Below, piece by piece: positions 62,524-64,000 of a stretch of 64,000 nucleotides of DNA. This DNA is from a virus. Both the position numbers and the translations under genes were made by a program. Location of the stretch: positions 67,133-131,132 of the IMG/VR virus record IMGVR_UViG_3300036859_000816. One strand, given 5' to 3'. Each line of letters starts with the position of its first letter. The first letter of the stretch is position 1. The notes under the pieces were generated by a model. That model worked only from the letters and a program-made list of their open reading frames with translations. It was not told where the DNA came from and did not search any database.

Positions 62524-64000
62524 CGTTCTGCACCAGACACCACTCGTTTAATGGCACGGATCTGCTTATCCTTGCCGGTTGTCCGCGCGAAATTGCGCGT
62601 CAGCGCGGACGCAAACGATTCATCATGATACGTAATGCCGTCAGCCATGTGCGTACATTCATGCACGGCTGAAGCGTACAGCCACATGACGTGCTCCCAA
62701 TCGGCGAGATCGAATAGCTCGGCAGTCGCTCGCGTCGGATCGACATTGTGAAACGGATTGAGCAAGAGCCAGTGTTGCCCTTCTTCGTGCAGGTAGGCTG
62801 CCGCAGCGTAAGTGTCGAATTGAAATCCCACTCCGAAAGCTAGACCCGAACCCAGTTGCATCAGCACAAAGCGACAGAGCTCCGCCCAGAAGCGCGCGAT
62901 CTTGCGAATGTTGCGCGTCATCGTCGCCGGATAGAATTTCTTCGGCACGTGAAAGCCATCGACTTCATTGATGACGTAGAAGTCGGGCTGCCACGCTAGT
63001 TGCTTGATTGCGTTCTCGACTTGCGTACTGCCGGCCAGATCGACGCCCGAGAGCAAGACACTGGCGAGCTCACTACTAACAAGCGTGATCGATTCTTCGG
63101 CCGAGCTTTCACTCGGCAGCGTATCGCGCAATGCGGCGGTGACAGTGGTTATTTGCTCGACGCTCAGATACTGCCGACCGTTATGGGTCCGCGTTCCCAG
63201 CGGTTCGAGCGTTCCTAGGGCATCGGACGCGCTGCTCACGACATCGCGCTGGAGCTCGGCCTTGAATTTGCCGCTACCGACAAACCGTTCGCGCACAATC
63301 CCGGCTTTCTTTTTGAGCGCGCTCAACACATCGGCCGCTAACTCATTGGAGAAATCGTCGATCTCGCGCTGCAGTGACCGATCGCGAAAGCCATCACGAT
63401 TCGCAGTCAGAAGCTCAATGCTCGGACGGCGTAGCTCGATGATGATCTGTCCTGGCACCGAGCTCGTGACATAGCGACCGAACATGTACAGTCCGTTTGC
63501 TCGCACAAGCATCGAACTGCGAAACGGTGCGTCGCTCTTATTATAGTAAAGCTCGGCCTTGCCGCCGAAGTCTCGCACTGACGCGCCCGTGCTCAGGTCC
63601 GCGCGAACAGATTTCTCGTTGACGGTGAAGCGGACGCTCAAATCGCACTTGCCGATAAACGAGAGCGCCGCGGACTCATGCGTGGTCTGATCGGCTGGCA
63701 TTGTGACAGTGAGCAGTGTGCCCGATCGATAGGATGCGGGCTCCACCTCGTACTCGATACCGGAACCGCGCACGATGCGGTCGCGCGTGTGAATCGTCCA
63801 CGACAACCACGGCAGCACGAGCAGTTCTTTCGCTTTACCAAATCCGCCGGTCGTCGATCCACTGACCTTGGTTGTGCCACCGAGGACGAGGAACTTGTTG
63901 ATGAGCACGTCCTCATCCATGCCGCCGCCATTGTCTTCGACGCTGATGAGGTAACTACCGTCCGCTTGCTGTTCGGCGGTGCAGTCGATGCGGGACGCGC
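62520..64000 (-). CDS. GHKL (HSP90/MutL-type) ATPase with C-terminal HExxH motif; 5' end outside window
   Basis: VEDNGGGMD, GGTTK, TGGFG, GT motifs; AVHECTH...YHDESF. Confidence 0.75.
   Translation of the reverse strand, partial: ASRIDCTAEQQADGSYLISVEDNGGGMDEDVLINKFLVLGGTTKVSGSTTGGFGKAKELLVLPWLSWTIHTRDRIVRGSGIEYEVEPASYRSGTLLTVTMPADQTTHESAALSFIGKCDLSVRFTVNEKSVRADLSTGASVRDFGGKAELYYNKSDAPFRSSMLVRANGLYMFGRYVTSSVPGQIIIELRRPSIELLTANRDGFRDRSLQREIDDFSNELAADVLSALKKKAGIVRERFVGSGKFKAELQRDVVSSASDALGTLEPLGTRTHNGRQYLSVEQITTVTAALRDTLPSESSAEESITLVSSELASVLLSGVDLAGSTQVENAIKQLAWQPDFYVINEVDGFHVPKKFYPATMTRNIRKIARFWAELCRFVLMQLGSGLAFGVGFQFDTYAAAAYLHEEGQHWLLLNPFHNVDPTRATAELFDLADWEHVMWLYASAVHECTHMADGITYHDESFASALTRNFARTTGKDKQIRAIKRVVSGAER

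Overview
GC-rich 64 kb segment that reads as part of a large phage or phage-like element, probably infecting a Myxococcota/Polyangiaceae-type host. The host call is an inference from a myxobacterial-style lipoprotein and LuxR/sulfatase-like genes; no terminase, capsid, rRNA or tRNA gene was recognised. The left half (1-30 kb) is densely packed, mostly minus-strand early/accessory genes: FkbM methyltransferase, protein tyrosine phosphatase, N4/N6 DNA methyltransferase, two J-domain proteins, MmcB-like nuclease, GH73 muramidase, DUF1643, tyrosine recombinase, receiver protein, DUF433, SNF2 helicase and RHH regulators. The centre (30.6-35.8 kb) is a compact CRISPR locus with no cas1/cas2 nearby. 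It has a ~685 aa Cas12m (type V-M / V-U1)-like effector with a non-canonical D-D-D RuvC triad and two arrays (8 and 25 repeats, 36 bp). Each array has a boxA-like leader, and the two are separated by a membrane-anchored lytic transglycosylase gene whose stop codon lies inside a repeat. The right half carries five paralogous fibre/receptor-binding-like proteins plus one pseudogene, and modular polyproteins whose shuffled domains are bounded by a recurring hydrophobic-x-x-Asn motif (candidate novel processing signal). It also has several tail-anchored cell-wall hydrolases and a glycosyltransferase/methyltransferase cluster next to BclA-like G-X-T collagen fibre genes. All calls are from motif recognition by eye; no database searches were run.
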